This document shows, in pieces, positions 45,555-57,253 of a stretch of 64,000 bases of DNA (position 1 is its first letter; each line of letters starts with the position of its first letter). The notes under the pieces were generated by a model that was given only the letters and a program-made list of their open reading frames with translations, was not told the origin of the DNA and searched no databases. Origin of the DNA: Tubulanus polymorphus (taxonomy: Eukaryota; Animalia; Nemertea); the NCBI RefSeq assembly GCF_964204645.1, contig NC_134029.1, positions 14,314,850 to 14,378,849 of the forward strand, given 5' to 3'. The translations under genes and the position numbers were made by a program.

Positions 45555-48095
45555 AGATTATTTAGTCTTGAGGGGTAGTTGTTAGCCCAGACGATATTAC
45601 AGTATTGTATGTGAGGTAATGCTAATGATTGATATATTGTTTTTAAGGTGTAATTAGGAAGTTTATGTTTTAGTTTGCTAAGGATAAAAAGTATTCTGCG
45701 AAATGTAATTTCAACTTGATGTATGTGGTGTTCCCATGTGATTTTGTCGTCAATTATAACGCCTTAAAATTTGGCCGCTGTCACCTTTTTTATTGCTTCA
45801 TCATCAATGTATAGTTTAATGGTCTTCGTTATTTTAATTCTTCCCGAGAATAATAAAAGGTTGGTCTTATCGATATTCAAAGATAGTCTATTTGCGGAGA
45901 GCCACTTGCTTACTAATTTTAATTCATAGTTCATTTTGGTTTCGAGGGTTTTGGGACATCTATTACTGTGCATTAAACTTGTGTCGTCTGCAAAAGGATG
46001 GAGTCTAGGATTTTCGATGATTCTGTGATATCATTGAAATATATTAAAAATAAAAGTGGCCCTAGGATTTATCCTTGTGGTATTCCCGTTTTAATGGCTT
46101 TGAAATCCGATAATGCTGAGTTAATGTTAGTTAGTTGATACCTATCTGTTAGATAACTCCAAAACCATGCATTTGTGATACCTCTGATCCCATAATGATT
46201 TAATTTAAACAATAAAATGGAATGGTCTATTGTATCCGAATGATCTATTGTATCAAAGGCCTTTTTAAGATCAAGTAGAATAAGCGCTGTCATTTTTCCA
46301 TCTTGCAGGTTTTTAGTGATTTTGTCTAGAAATGTGATCAATGCTAAATCTGTAGAATACTTTTTTCGAAAGGCAAATTGTTTGTCACAGAGAATCGCAT
46401 GTTTAGTACAGAAGTTTGATAGTCGATTATACATGAGTTTTTCTAGAATTTTGGAAATAGAGGGGAGAATTGAGAATTGGACGATAATTTTTTGCTTCGC
46501 ATGTGTCACCTGATTTAAAGATAGGTACAACTCTCGTTGAAAATATGGCATAAAGGGGCTACGATTTCTGGTATAACATATTTAATAATTTTCATGGGTA
46601 TACCATCGGTGCCAGCAGTGTTTGAGCTTTTGAGTGTTCGTACTAAATCAATAATTTCTGTCTCGACTACTGGAAAAAGATAAAAGCTTGATGGGTTTTG
46701 ATTAGGTAAAAAGTGTCAAAAATCTTCGTTGCTGTTGATGCTGTTAGCAAGTTTGGGACCAACATTAACAAAATAATTATTGAATTCTTTGGCGATATCT
46801 TGTTCATTGATTATAGATCTAAAATTGGTTTTTAGTTCCGTAATTATTGTAGATTTTTTCTTGGAACCAATGATATTGTTTATGATTTTCCAAGTGTTTT
46901 TCATATTGTTCTTCTGTTTTAAGAGATTTTGCTGGTAGTAGTTTTTCTCCGCCGTTTTAAGTATATTATTGAGTTCATTTTTGTAAGTTAGATATTTATT
47001 CTTATCCCTTTCGGATTTGCTTTTTAAGAATATCTTATATAATCTTTGTTTAGTAGAAATTGACTTTAAGAGACCGACCGTAAGCCAGGGATAATGGGGT
47101 TTACTACTGTTGACTGTGAATTTTTTCAGTGGAAAGCTAGATTCAAATAATCCGATGAAAATGTCAAGGAATACGTTATAAGCGGTTTCGCAATCGTCTT
47201 CATCCAGGACGCTAGTCCAATCTGACGCGGCTAGATTATTTTTAAAGTAAGCCATATTATTTTCGTTTATCGAACGATTAGTTATTTCATATTTTGTATT
47301 GTTCATTTTAGTTGGTATTAGCGTAAAGATAGGTAGATGGTCGGAGATATCTGAAATGATCACCCCTGAAGTGTTGTTGTTGGAGATAGAATTTGTGTAG
47401 ATATCGTCGATCAGAGTAGCTGTATAGTCAGTTATTCTTGTAGGTACATGGATGAGTGGTTTAAATCCTGTAGATATGACTCCGTTTAGAAATTTTGAGG
47501 TTTGGTGGCATTGATCACTCTTAAATAGATTTATGTTATTATCTCCTAGTAAATAGCACTCGGTTTTGCTCTTTTCAATAAGTTGGAGTATTCTCTCAAA
47601 TTCGGTATTAAAACTATCAATCTTTGTCCCTGGAGGTCTATATATCGTACCCAGTATAATATTCTTATTTTTACAGGATAATTCGATAAATGAAAATTCT
47701 AATTCATACGTATCATTGGAGATTAGATCCAATCGTAATTTGAAATTTACATCTTTTTTAATATAAAAACCGACACCACCACCGACAGAGTAATCTCTGC
47801 TTGAAAATACATTATTATACGCATGGTGGCTGTACAGGGTGTCATTATCATTTTCAGGTTTCGTCCAAGTCTCAGAGACCGCTATTATCGTAGGATATGA
47901 ATTCAGGGAATCTAGTAAATGAGAGATTTTATCGAAATTAGCTGTTAAGCTTCTACAGTAAATGTGTACTAGACTTAAGGGAGACGAGCAGTTTAAAAGA
48001 GAGTTGAAAGTTTCTACATCGTAGTATTTGCACGGATTATCATCCGTTATAAATTCATCTATAAAATTAAGCATTAATTTGTAGTTAGTTAACAA
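45555..48095 (-). pseudogene. LINE ORF2: APE endonuclease + reverse transcriptase, frameshifted
   Basis: AVSETW, GGGVGFY, IYRPP, SDHLPI; ISKILEK, DLKKAFDTIDH, GIPQG, FADDT (~45985). Confidence 0.92.
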
Positions 48096-48128
48096 TGAAT
48101 TGAATTAACAATTACGAATAGATTGAGT

Positions 48129-49485
48129 TCAATTTTTAGTTTTCTTTTCACTCGGCTTCTCTGCAGAAGTTGGGGTCTCTGATAGTGACCTTGTCTTCCG
48201 TTTGGATCTCGGGGTCTCAAAAACGGGCAGGTCGTTGTATTCATCAGATGATCTCGCAATGTTGTTGATGAGGAGATCTTTGCCCTGTTTACTGAGATGA
48301 ATTCCTGACATATCGGATGGGATATAGAGTGAATCTTGGATTAGTCCATTGGGCATGAAAGATTGGTCATGGCTTATGAAGTATATGTTTTGCATGTCAC
48401 AAAGCCTTTTCATGTACGAATAAGCTGATCAAGCAGTGTCATTGAAATCTTTTGTTTTGCTGACGTTACTTCTGCCATTAGCTCTCTTAGGCAATATCCC
48501 AGATAGATGGATAGTAGCGTTTGGATAATGCTCACAGGCTTTTGCAATTGTTGTCGACAAGTTCATTTTTATTGTGTCAGGGTCATGTTTGTTTTTGGAG
48601 ACGTCGTTGGTTCCCAGGTGGAGAATAACATTTTTCGGCGGATCTGGGGACATATATTCAGTAGCTGCGCGCTCAAGGAGATTGTCGATGTCCTCGCTAG
48701 TTGCCCCGGGGCGACAGATGGAAAGTCGGGGGGACCGCTATTTCCCGTAGGTTAGAATCACCTATTAGGACGTTCGAGACCGGCTTTTCGATCGTGTTAG
48801 CCGGTACCGGTTCACTGGTCAGCTCTGGTGCGTCATCCGGTGAATTGTCGTCAGGTTTATTCGGTTGTAGCGTGTTAGATTGAGGACAATCTCTTTGCAT
48901 GTGATCGGGCGCGCCACATTTAAAACACTTTTTCTGCCTCGGTGGTCTCTGATTACACCTGAACGACGGGTGATCACTACTCTTGCAGAATGTACAACTT
49001 TTGGTTTGATCATCGTAGAAAATTCTGACATTATAATCACCGATTTTAGTATAATTAGGGATAGTTCCAGTTTTTTTACTTAACTGGAGATAACGAGTTC
49101 CAGTAAAAATATCGGTGTCCTTGATGACTCCGCGTTTAATTGAACCATGAACATAATTTCCAAACTTGGATATAAATGTTATAATGGTTTGGTCGGACAT
49201 TTCAATCGGGGCATCCACGATCTTGAAATTAATCAGTTGAAGATTTGCATCTTGTAGTGTTACCGAAAACCCCAGAATTTCTATGAGGTGGCTTGCTAAC
49301 AGATTTCTCGTCTCTTCATCTTTCGCAGTTATGAAACATTTGTTTTCAGTAATCTGGATTGCATGAATTTTACTCACGTTGATTCTATTTTTTAATCCGT
49401 TAATTATATCCTGATGGCTGAGTTTCTTACGCACACTAAATGACAGCGACATATCGCGATTGAGTTTCGATTCATTCATGATCAC
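48129..49485 (-). pseudogene. LINE ORF1: RRM-like region + two CCHC knuckles + SGNH esterase, frameshifted
   Basis: CTFCKSSDHPSFRC, CFKCGAPDHMQRDC; LIGDSNLR, HLGTND, SGIHLSKQG. Confidence 0.85.
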
Positions 49486-50552
49486 TATTACACGATAATT
49501 AATCCTGAGGGAGGTGATACATCGATTAATTCAGAGCTCGAAATTAAATCGACCTGCGGTCAGCCGCCATATTGGAATTTTTTTTCACCAGGACATATGT
49601 GGCGTGAGCCCTACCCCACTTATTTTGCTGAGCAAAGAAATTTTTCAAGCCACTATATCCATATAAAAAACTAGCTAGCTGGCTTTACCAAATCTTCATC
49701 ACCAAATGAATTAATTTATTTCTAAAAAAATTGGTGTGGCCTTAGCCTATATTGCAAGTCCGCTCAGAATACACCTCATTGGCATTGAATCTTTTTTCCA
49801 AATTTTCAGGGGGAGACTCCCCAGCACTCGATGTGAAATGACTTCCCCATCCTGTTGCTTTCATTTGGGCCTCCCAAAAAAGTTCAAAAATCAGAAAGTA
49901 ATCTTAACCAGCTTTTCCTTTGCAGGAGACTTGACACCCTCACACACCCGTCATTATATGACTCTTGGATTTGGCTAGTCAGTAACCTGTCTGTGGTTTA
50001 GTCTCACAATCGGATATTTTCACAAACCACATATATGTATAAGGCATCCGATTATAAAAGGCTTACCACCAACGATTAGGTAACTAACTAGGGTTTGGCA
50101 TGATTTGGCGTAGTGGTAGGTGCCCCTGAAAATCACAAGTTTGGTGTTATAGTTAAGTGCCTTTTATTGCTGCGATTTGCCATGGAAAGTACCCTTCTCC
50201 ATAATTATTAGTGAGTGCCGTTATACAATCCGGAACCCACTCGATCGAGATAATACATTAATAGGCCAGGGCCCTCTGTTCAGCTGCTGCCGCTGGAATC
50301 CCTGGATCCAAACATTGTTTGCAAGAAGAATTCTCATTTGGAGCACCACACACATGTCGTCAAGCATTAAGCATCACTGACCGTACACCGAATGAGACGT
50401 GTCCTATAACTGGTGGCTTCCTTTCGACCAAAAAAGCACGTGGTGAGGTGAGGAGTATAAGGGGAGTCGGGTGAAATCATAGCAGTCTTTACGTCATGAT
50501 TAAACCTCATGCTTCAAATTCATATATAACCGTAATTAAATTTATTTAATTG

Positions 50553-51118
50553 AGTAGTATACAAAATAGCGGTTCTGGCGCAGCCCGACCCCGGTTCTGG
50601 CGCAGCCCATCCTTACCCCGGTATACCGTGTACCCTCTCAAAGCTTTATCTCCACCTAAATGCCCTAAGAAGACAACCCCTGTGGACCGCGGTTCTGGCG
50701 CAGCCCGACCCCGGTTCTGGCGCAGCCCATCCTTACCCCGCGGTACCATGTACCCCCTCAAAGCTTTTTCTCCGCCTAAATACCCTAAGAATACGGACCA
50801 TGGAAAACACGCCAAGGGGCCGGCAAACCCCCTCCGGCCCCTATAAACCCCCTCCGGCCCCTTTAAACCAACCGCTATAATGCACCTACAACAAAGTGTT
50901 ATTTACATAGATATTTACAGTATATACAAGTATGTGAAACGCTCTGACCTGGAATTCACCTCTAAGCTGACGCTATCAGCGGTGCGCTGCGACCTGATTG
51001 TCACTGATTGCGAAATAGCCTAGAAAGTTCTATGCTGACGCAGAAGCCGGCAAACAACCGAGACATCGGCAGGCAACCAGAGTCATGTCCCTTGGACATG
51101 GCCAGGCCCGGCCAACAC
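50553..51118. repeat. Mav3 left TIR with two ~120 bp tandem units
   Basis: Reverse complement of 62348-62979 apart from repeat copy number. Confidence 0.95.
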
Positions 51119-51163
51119 ACCAGGTGAAGCGCGTCTCGTGAGAGTCCTGGTTCACTCACCAAG

Positions 51164-53435
51164 GTGGATATAGATTCTGCGTGGTCAGAAATGGACACAG
51201 ATCTGATCTATCAAAACCTGGTGAGTGACATTAAAGCCGGGTTGCCGAAAACCCTGAAACAGCGGAAATGTGAATTACGGAAGACGCTGTTCAAGAATGA
51301 AGCCAGCTCGAAAGAATTCTTCGGCCTAGTGAGAAAAATCAGCAAACTCAACAAGGCAAATCGGTTTTTTACAACAGCCAAGCAGATTATTACGGGTTCC
51401 CCGAGCAATCAAACGCAGGAGGATGCATTTCCGACTAAACGACGGGTGAAGGAATACTTCACGGACCTGTATTCTAGTAAGCAGACCGGTCCTATTCCTA
51501 AGCCACCCGTCAAGAACGTTGCGTTCCCGTTCGATATGTCACCGATAACCGCAGCTGAAATCGAAAAAGCCATGAAGAGCAGCAACCCAAAGTCCGCTCC
51601 AGATCTAGACAGGATCAAATACGGACATCTCCGTCAGCACACCCATCGACTCGCGCGATTTTACAACGACATACTAGATACGGGAAGGTCACCTTCGAAA
51701 ATCTCGGCGTGGTGCACCAGTATTGTGACGCTTCTATTCAAGAAAGGGGACCGCCGGGATCCTGCTAACTATCGTCCGATTGCGGTTACAAGCGTGATCT
51801 CAAGGCTCCTTCATCGGATAATGGCGAAACGCATAGAACGCCACGTCATTAGGAACGGATTCATCGACACTGCCGTACAAAAAGGATTCGTGTCGGGCCT
51901 TCACGGGACACTGGAACATTCTGAATTATTAGAGACTAAAATCATCGAAGCCGAAAAAACTAAAAATGACTCATTTGTGACTTTATTTGACCTTAAAAAT
52001 GCATTCGGTTCAATCGAACACGAACTGGTAAGTGAAACGCTATCTGTCATTGGAATTCCCGCAAGCTGGTATAGGTACCTAACGGCGCTGTATTCTCAAA
52101 TTTCTAGCAAATTCAAAGGTCCTTGGGGCACGGTCGATATCCCCTACAAACGAGGGGTCTTTCAGGGTTGCCCTCTTAGCCCCCTAATTTTCATCCTGTG
52201 CGTAGAACCCCTCGTTAGAATACTGTCAACCGGGACATCCCTAGCCTATGCAGATGACACAACGCTGGAAACAAAATCGGCAAAAGCCCACTTAGATATA
52301 ACGTACGCGTTTAACAAAAAAGCCAAGGAAATGAACCTTGAACTCAGGCCGGACAAATGCGTTTCCCTGAGCGTTAGACGCGGACGAATTGAGCCATTCA
52401 AAAACGAGATAGAGGGCAAAGACACCGCGACCCTCACCGATTTGGACAGAATAACGTATCTAGGCAAAATTTTCAGTCCCAAGGGACAGGAAGGGGTGGG
52501 TGAAATTCTCCTCACAAAATTCAGGCAACGACTCGCAAACATAGATAACGCCGATATACAAAGCGGGACAAAGGTTCATATCGCTATAGACTATATGCTG
52601 AGAGCTGATTACCATGACCTCATGATCAACGACCTGTCTGATAATTGCTTGCAGTTAATCGACAGTGTCTTTGTAAACACGCTACACAAATGCGGTCACC
52701 GTCGATTGCTCACTTTTCAAGTACCGTCCACCGTATACCACTGGCTTCATGCATTGAAGGTCTACTTCCTTATCACTTCTCCCGACGAAAAAATCGTTGA
52801 AGTAGCCATCTCCAAATTCGAAAACAGCCATTATCTCGATCTCGCTTTCGAATCCCTCAACCATAAAAACTCGAAGGCGTTCATAAAACGCCACTACTTA
52901 GGAATATTCGCGCACGCCACCCCCGACCCAGAAAAATTCCCCTGTAGCTCTAAGGCGTTCGACGTATTCGACATCTATCCGGAGCATATTCCCGAAGTGT
53001 ATACAAACGGCTCGTGCCTGAGAAACGAAGCAGACGAGGCTCGTGCGGTCTACGGCGTCTACTGGGGACCAGACAGCCTTAAACACCTGTGGCGTCGTCT
53101 ATCCTACCAACAACAGAGGTGAATTAACCGCGGTCGTCGTGGCTCTCAATCAGGCCATCCAGCTTGGTATTAACTCCTTGCAAATTTTCACCGACTCGAA
53201 ATTCGTTATAAACGGTATCACCGATTGGATCAAGACGTGGAAAGCCAGGTGCTGGAAAAACGTCAAAAACCGCGATCTCTGGACACAACTGGATGGTCTG
53301 AATAACCGAGTCTCCGTATCTTTCAAATACGTCAGGGGTCACCAGGGGGTACACGGGAATGAGATGGCGGACCAACTAGCTAAATCGGGAGCAGCTCTCA
53401 ATGGTAGTAATCCGGGGGTGACGTGTCTCTGTTAA
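51164..53435 (+). pseudogene. Non-LTR-type (R2/NeSL/Hero-like) reverse transcriptase fused to RNase H; one frameshift near 53077
   Basis: SAPDLD.I.Y, LLFKKGD..NYRPIAV, QKGF..GTLEH, DLKNAFGSI.H, GVFQGCPLSP, AYADD, YLG. RNase H VYT(N)GS, TNNRGEL, FTDSKFV, VRGHQGVHGNEMADQLA. Confidence 0.92.
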
Positions 53436-53444
53436 ACTCTAACG

Positions 53445-54056
53445 TTAACCTCCATCCAGCTTTTTTATGATGGAAGCCCTGGCCTGCTCCCTGCCCTGCC
53501 TGATGAGGTCCTTTTTTGTAGCCTCGTCGATCGTGATCGACCCGTGTTTTTTACGAGCCTGTGACTTGATATCCTGCTTCAAAGTCTGATAGTTCCTCTG
53601 TTCAGCTAGAATCAGCTTGAACTCGTCATCCGAAACAACTCCATCACTTATTGCCCTCGATACAAGACCTGACACGGTGCTTAGTTTGGAAGAGGCTAAC
53701 ACTCGAATTTCGTCGTGCTTTTTAGCCTTGATCAGAAGCTTCCGACCGACTATCTTCCCAGACACGCCTAAGACGCCTAGGACGGTCGCAACGGGGATGG
53801 TGATTATGTTTGTAAGCACGCCAGCGGCTCCCGTAGCCGCGACTGCTATGCTAGCCGTCACGAAGGCCGCGTCAAATCCATCTATGGTGTTTACCGCCCT
53901 TTTATATTTCTTGTAGAGCGCAGCGCGGGATTGTCCCTCGGACTCTAAAATTTTCTGGACTTCGCATATTTTCTGCAGTCGGAAGTTCGACGCATCTTCG
54001 GTTGGAGCACTAGGCTCAGTTGGAACCATTGGGTAAAGTTTAGTGTCGCTATCCAT
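53445..54056 (-). CDS. Polinton-associated protein with hydrophobic hairpin (203 aa)
   Basis: Intact ORF; FRL..I..L..E...R..LYKKYKR, hydrophobic centre, KAKKHDEI..LA.SKL. Confidence 0.7.
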   Translation of the reverse strand: MDSDTKLYPMVPTEPSAPTEDASNFRLQKICEVQKILESEGQSRAALYKKYKRAVNTIDGFDAAFVTASIAVAATGAAGVLTNIITIPVATVLGVLGVSGKIVGRKLLIKAKKHDEIRVLASSKLSTVSGLVSRAISDGVVSDDEFKLILAEQRNYQTLKQDIKSQARKKHGSITIDEATKKDLIRQGREQARASIIKKLDGG

Positions 54057-54057
54057 G

Positions 54058-54486
54058 CTATATACTATGCGGGAAAATGTCGAGCTCGATGAGGAGTGAA
54101 GCTATCGTAGCTATTGCTCGAGTAGCGGGCGATCTCGACGACTTGAAATTGATGACGTCGCCCTCGGCCAATTCGACTGGTGGGGAGAACGTTTTGACCG
54201 CGGCTTGGAAGACTCCTTTACCTTGGGGTTTGATCGGGCCCTGTAAAAGCCGAGCCTCTTTCGTGATTTCTCCTTTTTCCACCCTGTTGACGGTCAACAC
54301 TACTGTGGTATTAGTTGTCAATTCGCCACCGGAAAGGCCCATTTTTAGCACCCATCGCGACCCATCACCGTATGAAAATTCGTAAGAGCCCTCACCAAGG
54401 GGTCCTTTTTCCTCGGCCCAAACGGTTATCACAGGTTTTGTGGTTGACTGTGTTTTCCCTAATCCCCTGTACAAGTTCATCTCCAT
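54058..54486 (-). CDS. Hypothetical beta-rich viral protein
   Basis: ORF tightly packed in the minus-strand gene run. Confidence 0.55.
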   Translation of the reverse strand: MEMNLYRGLGKTQSTTKPVITVWAEEKGPLGEGSYEFSYGDGSRWVLKMGLSGGELTTNTTVVLTVNRVEKGEITKEARLLQGPIKPQGKGVFQAAVKTFSPPVELAEGDVINFKSSRSPATRAIATIASLLIELDIFPHSI

Positions 54487-55201
54487 TCTAATGCGAGCAA
54501 AATTTGGAGCGGTTCCTGGAATCGAATCTCCTCCATGTCCCGATTGAAAACCTTGACCACTACGTCGGCGAAGCCGCCTTCCTTAATTGGTATCAGTACC
54601 CCGTAAACGTACTCGAATGAGTCGCCGTATTGACCTGCTTTCGGATGTAAAATGGCGATCAGGTTCGAGGGCACCCCGTTTAGGAAGTTTCTAGATTCGT
54701 CAACGAGATTGCACGTACGCGGTATTCCGTATGCCTGGTAAACCTACATTCTTTCGTACCCCTTACGCTAACCTCTTTACCTTCGACGTTTGGGTAATAT
54801 CCTTCCGGGACTCCCAACAGATCGGTGATAGAGCCTCTGAAGAGCCCTCGGTACGGTTTTTTGACGTTGAGTTCGATGCGCCCCCTCGCCTCCACGTAGG
54901 CTATGTTAATGAAGCCCGGTTTGTGACCGTTTCGGGTTATGACTCGCTGAATTTCGTCGTTCAAACTCTCAACCGTGTAAAGTCCATTCCTGATAATCAA
55001 GTTGAACACTTTTTGTTGGTGCTCGTCCACCCTTTCTCCGGTCATGTAGCGAAACCTGTGGTTGTTCAGTTTGTCGGAAACGTTGAAGTAAGCAAGAGGA
55101 ATGACAGCCCGTCTTAAGGCCACAGTTTTGAAGCCACCCGTGTCGAGATGCGTTTTTAGACGCACGGTCGGATCCTTACCGTAACAGTGGATGACTAACA
55201 T
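54477..55201 (-). pseudogene. Minor capsid protein (penton), frameshifted
   Basis: YFNVS..IRNGLYTVESLNDEI..DLLG pattern as in the Mav1/2 penton; continues in ORF 54477..54674. Confidence 0.7.
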
Positions 55202-55212
55202 CCTTCCTATAT

Positions 55213-56337
55213 CTAACGCGAGAATATCTTGCTCAGGACTTGGAAAGACAGACCGACTGCAGCGATAAACAACAACACCAAGTGCTCGGACACGAATCCG
55301 ACTGCTTCTCCGGCTTTCCTCAACAGGAAGCTAACCACCGTTCCGATCATTCCCGGCAACGCGGCAGCTCCTTTCCCTGCGAGATATTTAAGAAACGCCG
55401 CGAACTTTTTCAGGGCTTGTCGAATCCTGGACTTGGGTTCTTTTCCCGGTCCAACCGGCGGACTGGGTGTGACTACGCTTTTGAGCCCGTTCGCGATTGC
55501 GAGCCCGATGCTCGTGATAGTCATAACGACGGCCGTGACAACGCTCACCAACGTAATCCCTTCCTGTTTGAACAACTCCCGGATCTTTACGCCGAGGGAC
55601 CGATTATCTTCGTTCTTCAGAAGCCTCTTCAACCTCTCGATCTGAGAAGTCTCCCCCTGCCGTAGAGCCTCGTAGGTCCGCCTGTATATTGCTTCCTGAG
55701 CTTCGAACCTTTCTACTTCGTCGTCCCAGTATCGGATGTCTTGTTCGGACACCGCGTCATCGCGCTCTTTCTGAGCCTTTTCTAGTTCTCGTTGGGCCCA
55801 TTCTACGTTTACAGCTGCTGACTTAATTTTGCTGGACGTAGAAACCAAAGTAGTAGCTACCCCCCGGAGTTCACGTCTGTCTTCTGGTCTCGGCGGAGCC
55901 CTGTCGTCATTGACGATGTCCTCTATTTCCTGCTGCAAACTCAACTCGTTATCCACCGACAAGCGATCCACGATAGATGGTTCCAACGGGTCTCGTTCCA
56001 TTCTCACCGGTCTGTCCGGGCCCAGAGCATGGAAAAACTCAGAGCCCCCTTTCGCTTTCGAGATGGTACTATGCGCGAGTACTTGACCGCTCCTACCGGT
56101 AAGTTTCACCCGAACTGGATCACCGTTCAGTTCCGTCTGAAAGAACCAGGTATCGTCTTGTTTTCGTAGTTGCAGGCGCATCAGGGCTCGCTCCATGTCG
56201 TCCAGGTTACCGCCGAATTTACCGAGCAGCGAGTCGATGATGCCGTCTCCCAGGTTTTCCATGGGAATGAGCTCGCCTACGGCGTCATCTTGAGGCTCCA
56301 CGTCCCAGTCCATCGGATCAACGTCAAATTCCGCCAT
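55213..56337 (-). CDS. Acidic/coiled-coil membrane-associated viral protein (374 aa)
   Basis: Clear homology to the Mav1/2 protein (RRELRG, LFKQEGITLVSV, KGAAALPG). Confidence 0.82.
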   Translation of the reverse strand: MAEFDVDPMDWDVEPQDDAVGELIPMENLGDGIIDSLLGKFGGNLDDMERALMRLQLRKQDDTWFFQTELNGDPVRVKLTGRSGQVLAHSTISKAKGGSEFFHALGPDRPVRMERDPLEPSIVDRLSVDNELSLQQEIEDIVNDDRAPPRPEDRRELRGVATTLVSTSSKIKSAAVNVEWAQRELEKAQKERDDAVSEQDIRYWDDEVERFEAQEAIYRRTYEALRQGETSQIERLKRLLKNEDNRSLGVKIRELFKQEGITLVSVVTAVVMTITSIGLAIANGLKSVVTPSPPVGPGKEPKSRIRQALKKFAAFLKYLAGKGAAALPGMIGTVVSFLLRKAGEAVGFVSEHLVLLFIAAVGLSFQVLSKIFSR

Positions 56338-56828
56338 CGTCTATAATTAAGCCAGGAATTTCTGCAAGAATCGGAAACATCGAACTCGTCCATTTGTTTT
56401 TGGATCCACTCCTCGTACACTTCCCACAAATTCCAGTTTTGTGCCAAAGCAAATTTCGACACTGATTCTTTCCCTAACTTACGTTCCGGCTTTCCATGTA
56501 GCTCGAGGATTCGGTTTAAGAAGAATCCGTAGGAAAGGAGGTTTTTCCGACGAGGGAACTTTTCGAGGAAGAGTTGATAGACGTCGGCGAAGCAATATCT
56601 GATCATCGCGCATGTAGGAATGTCGAGAAACCCACCGTCCAAACCGCGATTTATGTGGTCTTCCAAGTAGGTTCGATAGTCGTAATTCGCCGGAGGGATG
56701 TGGACTTGTTTCGGTTTCGGAACCTTTTTGATCTGCAACCGAAGAGGAGGGTTTACGTAGTCTTCGAGTTCTCTCTCGAGCCTTTCGAGATCAAACTCCT
56801 TAGGCAATATACCATAGGGGTCGTCCAT
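56277..56828 (-). CDS. Possible VLTF3 (poxvirus A2-like late transcription factor) C-terminal domain protein
   Basis: FPRRKNLLSYGFFLNRILELHG resembles the RKNFLSY.YVL....ELL motif of NCLDV VLTF3, recalled from memory. Confidence 0.5.
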   Translation of the reverse strand: MDDPYGILPKEFDLERLERELEDYVNPPLRLQIKKVPKPKQVHIPPANYDYRTYLEDHINRGLDGGFLDIPTCAMIRYCFADVYQLFLEKFPRRKNLLSYGFFLNRILELHGKPERKLGKESVSKFALAQNWNLWEVYEEWIQKQMDEFDVSDSCRNSWLNYRRWRNLTLIRWTGTWSLKMTP

Positions 56829-56831
56829 AAC

Positions 56832-57251
56832 TTACAGATATTTGTACGCGATGACGCCGGTCAGAATTACACTGCCTAATATAAAGGCGTACTCACTGTT
56901 CAATTGGGCGTCTGAAGGGGAATAGAAATCGCCTAGCACCGGCCGCTGGCTCAAAGATAGTTTGTCGTTCCTGGTACTGTTGTAAAGCCTAAGGGCCTCA
57001 TCGACGTCCGAAAAGTCGGATTTTGTCTGCATCTCTTTTTGCAGCTCCCTGTTGAGGTAGTCCAGTGTCTTTTGCCGTTTCTCGTTCCAGGTCACCATTG
57101 CCGCGTTCAATCGCTCCATGGCCTTGTCGTGCCTCTCTCGTTCTTGGGCAGCTCCGGAGTCGCCTTTTACCGCTCTATAGATTGCTTGTCCTCCGGTAAA
57201 TGCCACAGCGTTCGCTATGGCGCCGCCGATGATAACCGCTGCAGTAGCCAT
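56832..57251 (-). CDS. Conserved membrane-associated viral protein (139 aa)
   Basis: Homolog of 37590..38012. Confidence 0.8.
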   Translation of the reverse strand: MATAAVIIGGAIANAVAFTGGQAIYRAVKGDSGAAQERERHDKAMERLNAAMVTWNEKRQKTLDYLNRELQKEMQTKSDFSDVDEALRLYNSTRNDKLSLSQRPVLGDFYSPSDAQLNSEYAFILGSVILTGVIAYKYL

Positions 57252-57253
57252 GA

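Larger units (their letters stand above)
45555..49575 (-). mobile_element. Decayed CR1/L2-group non-LTR retrotransposon, 3' end truncated
   Basis: ORF1 plus APE-RT ORF2; the 5' end carries aatatggcgg (YY1-like); no 3' tail found. Confidence 0.85.

Noticed and set aside
50546-50846. ORFs in the Mav3 TIR repeats (also 62501..62926)
   Set aside because: Translations of GC-rich tandem units that are open on both strands; no protein-like features.
51164-53435. RT as a DGR, retron, group II intron or telomerase/Penelope RT
   Set aside because: Motifs are non-LTR type, and no template/variable repeat pair, msr-msd structure, intron domain V or GIY-YIG domain was seen.
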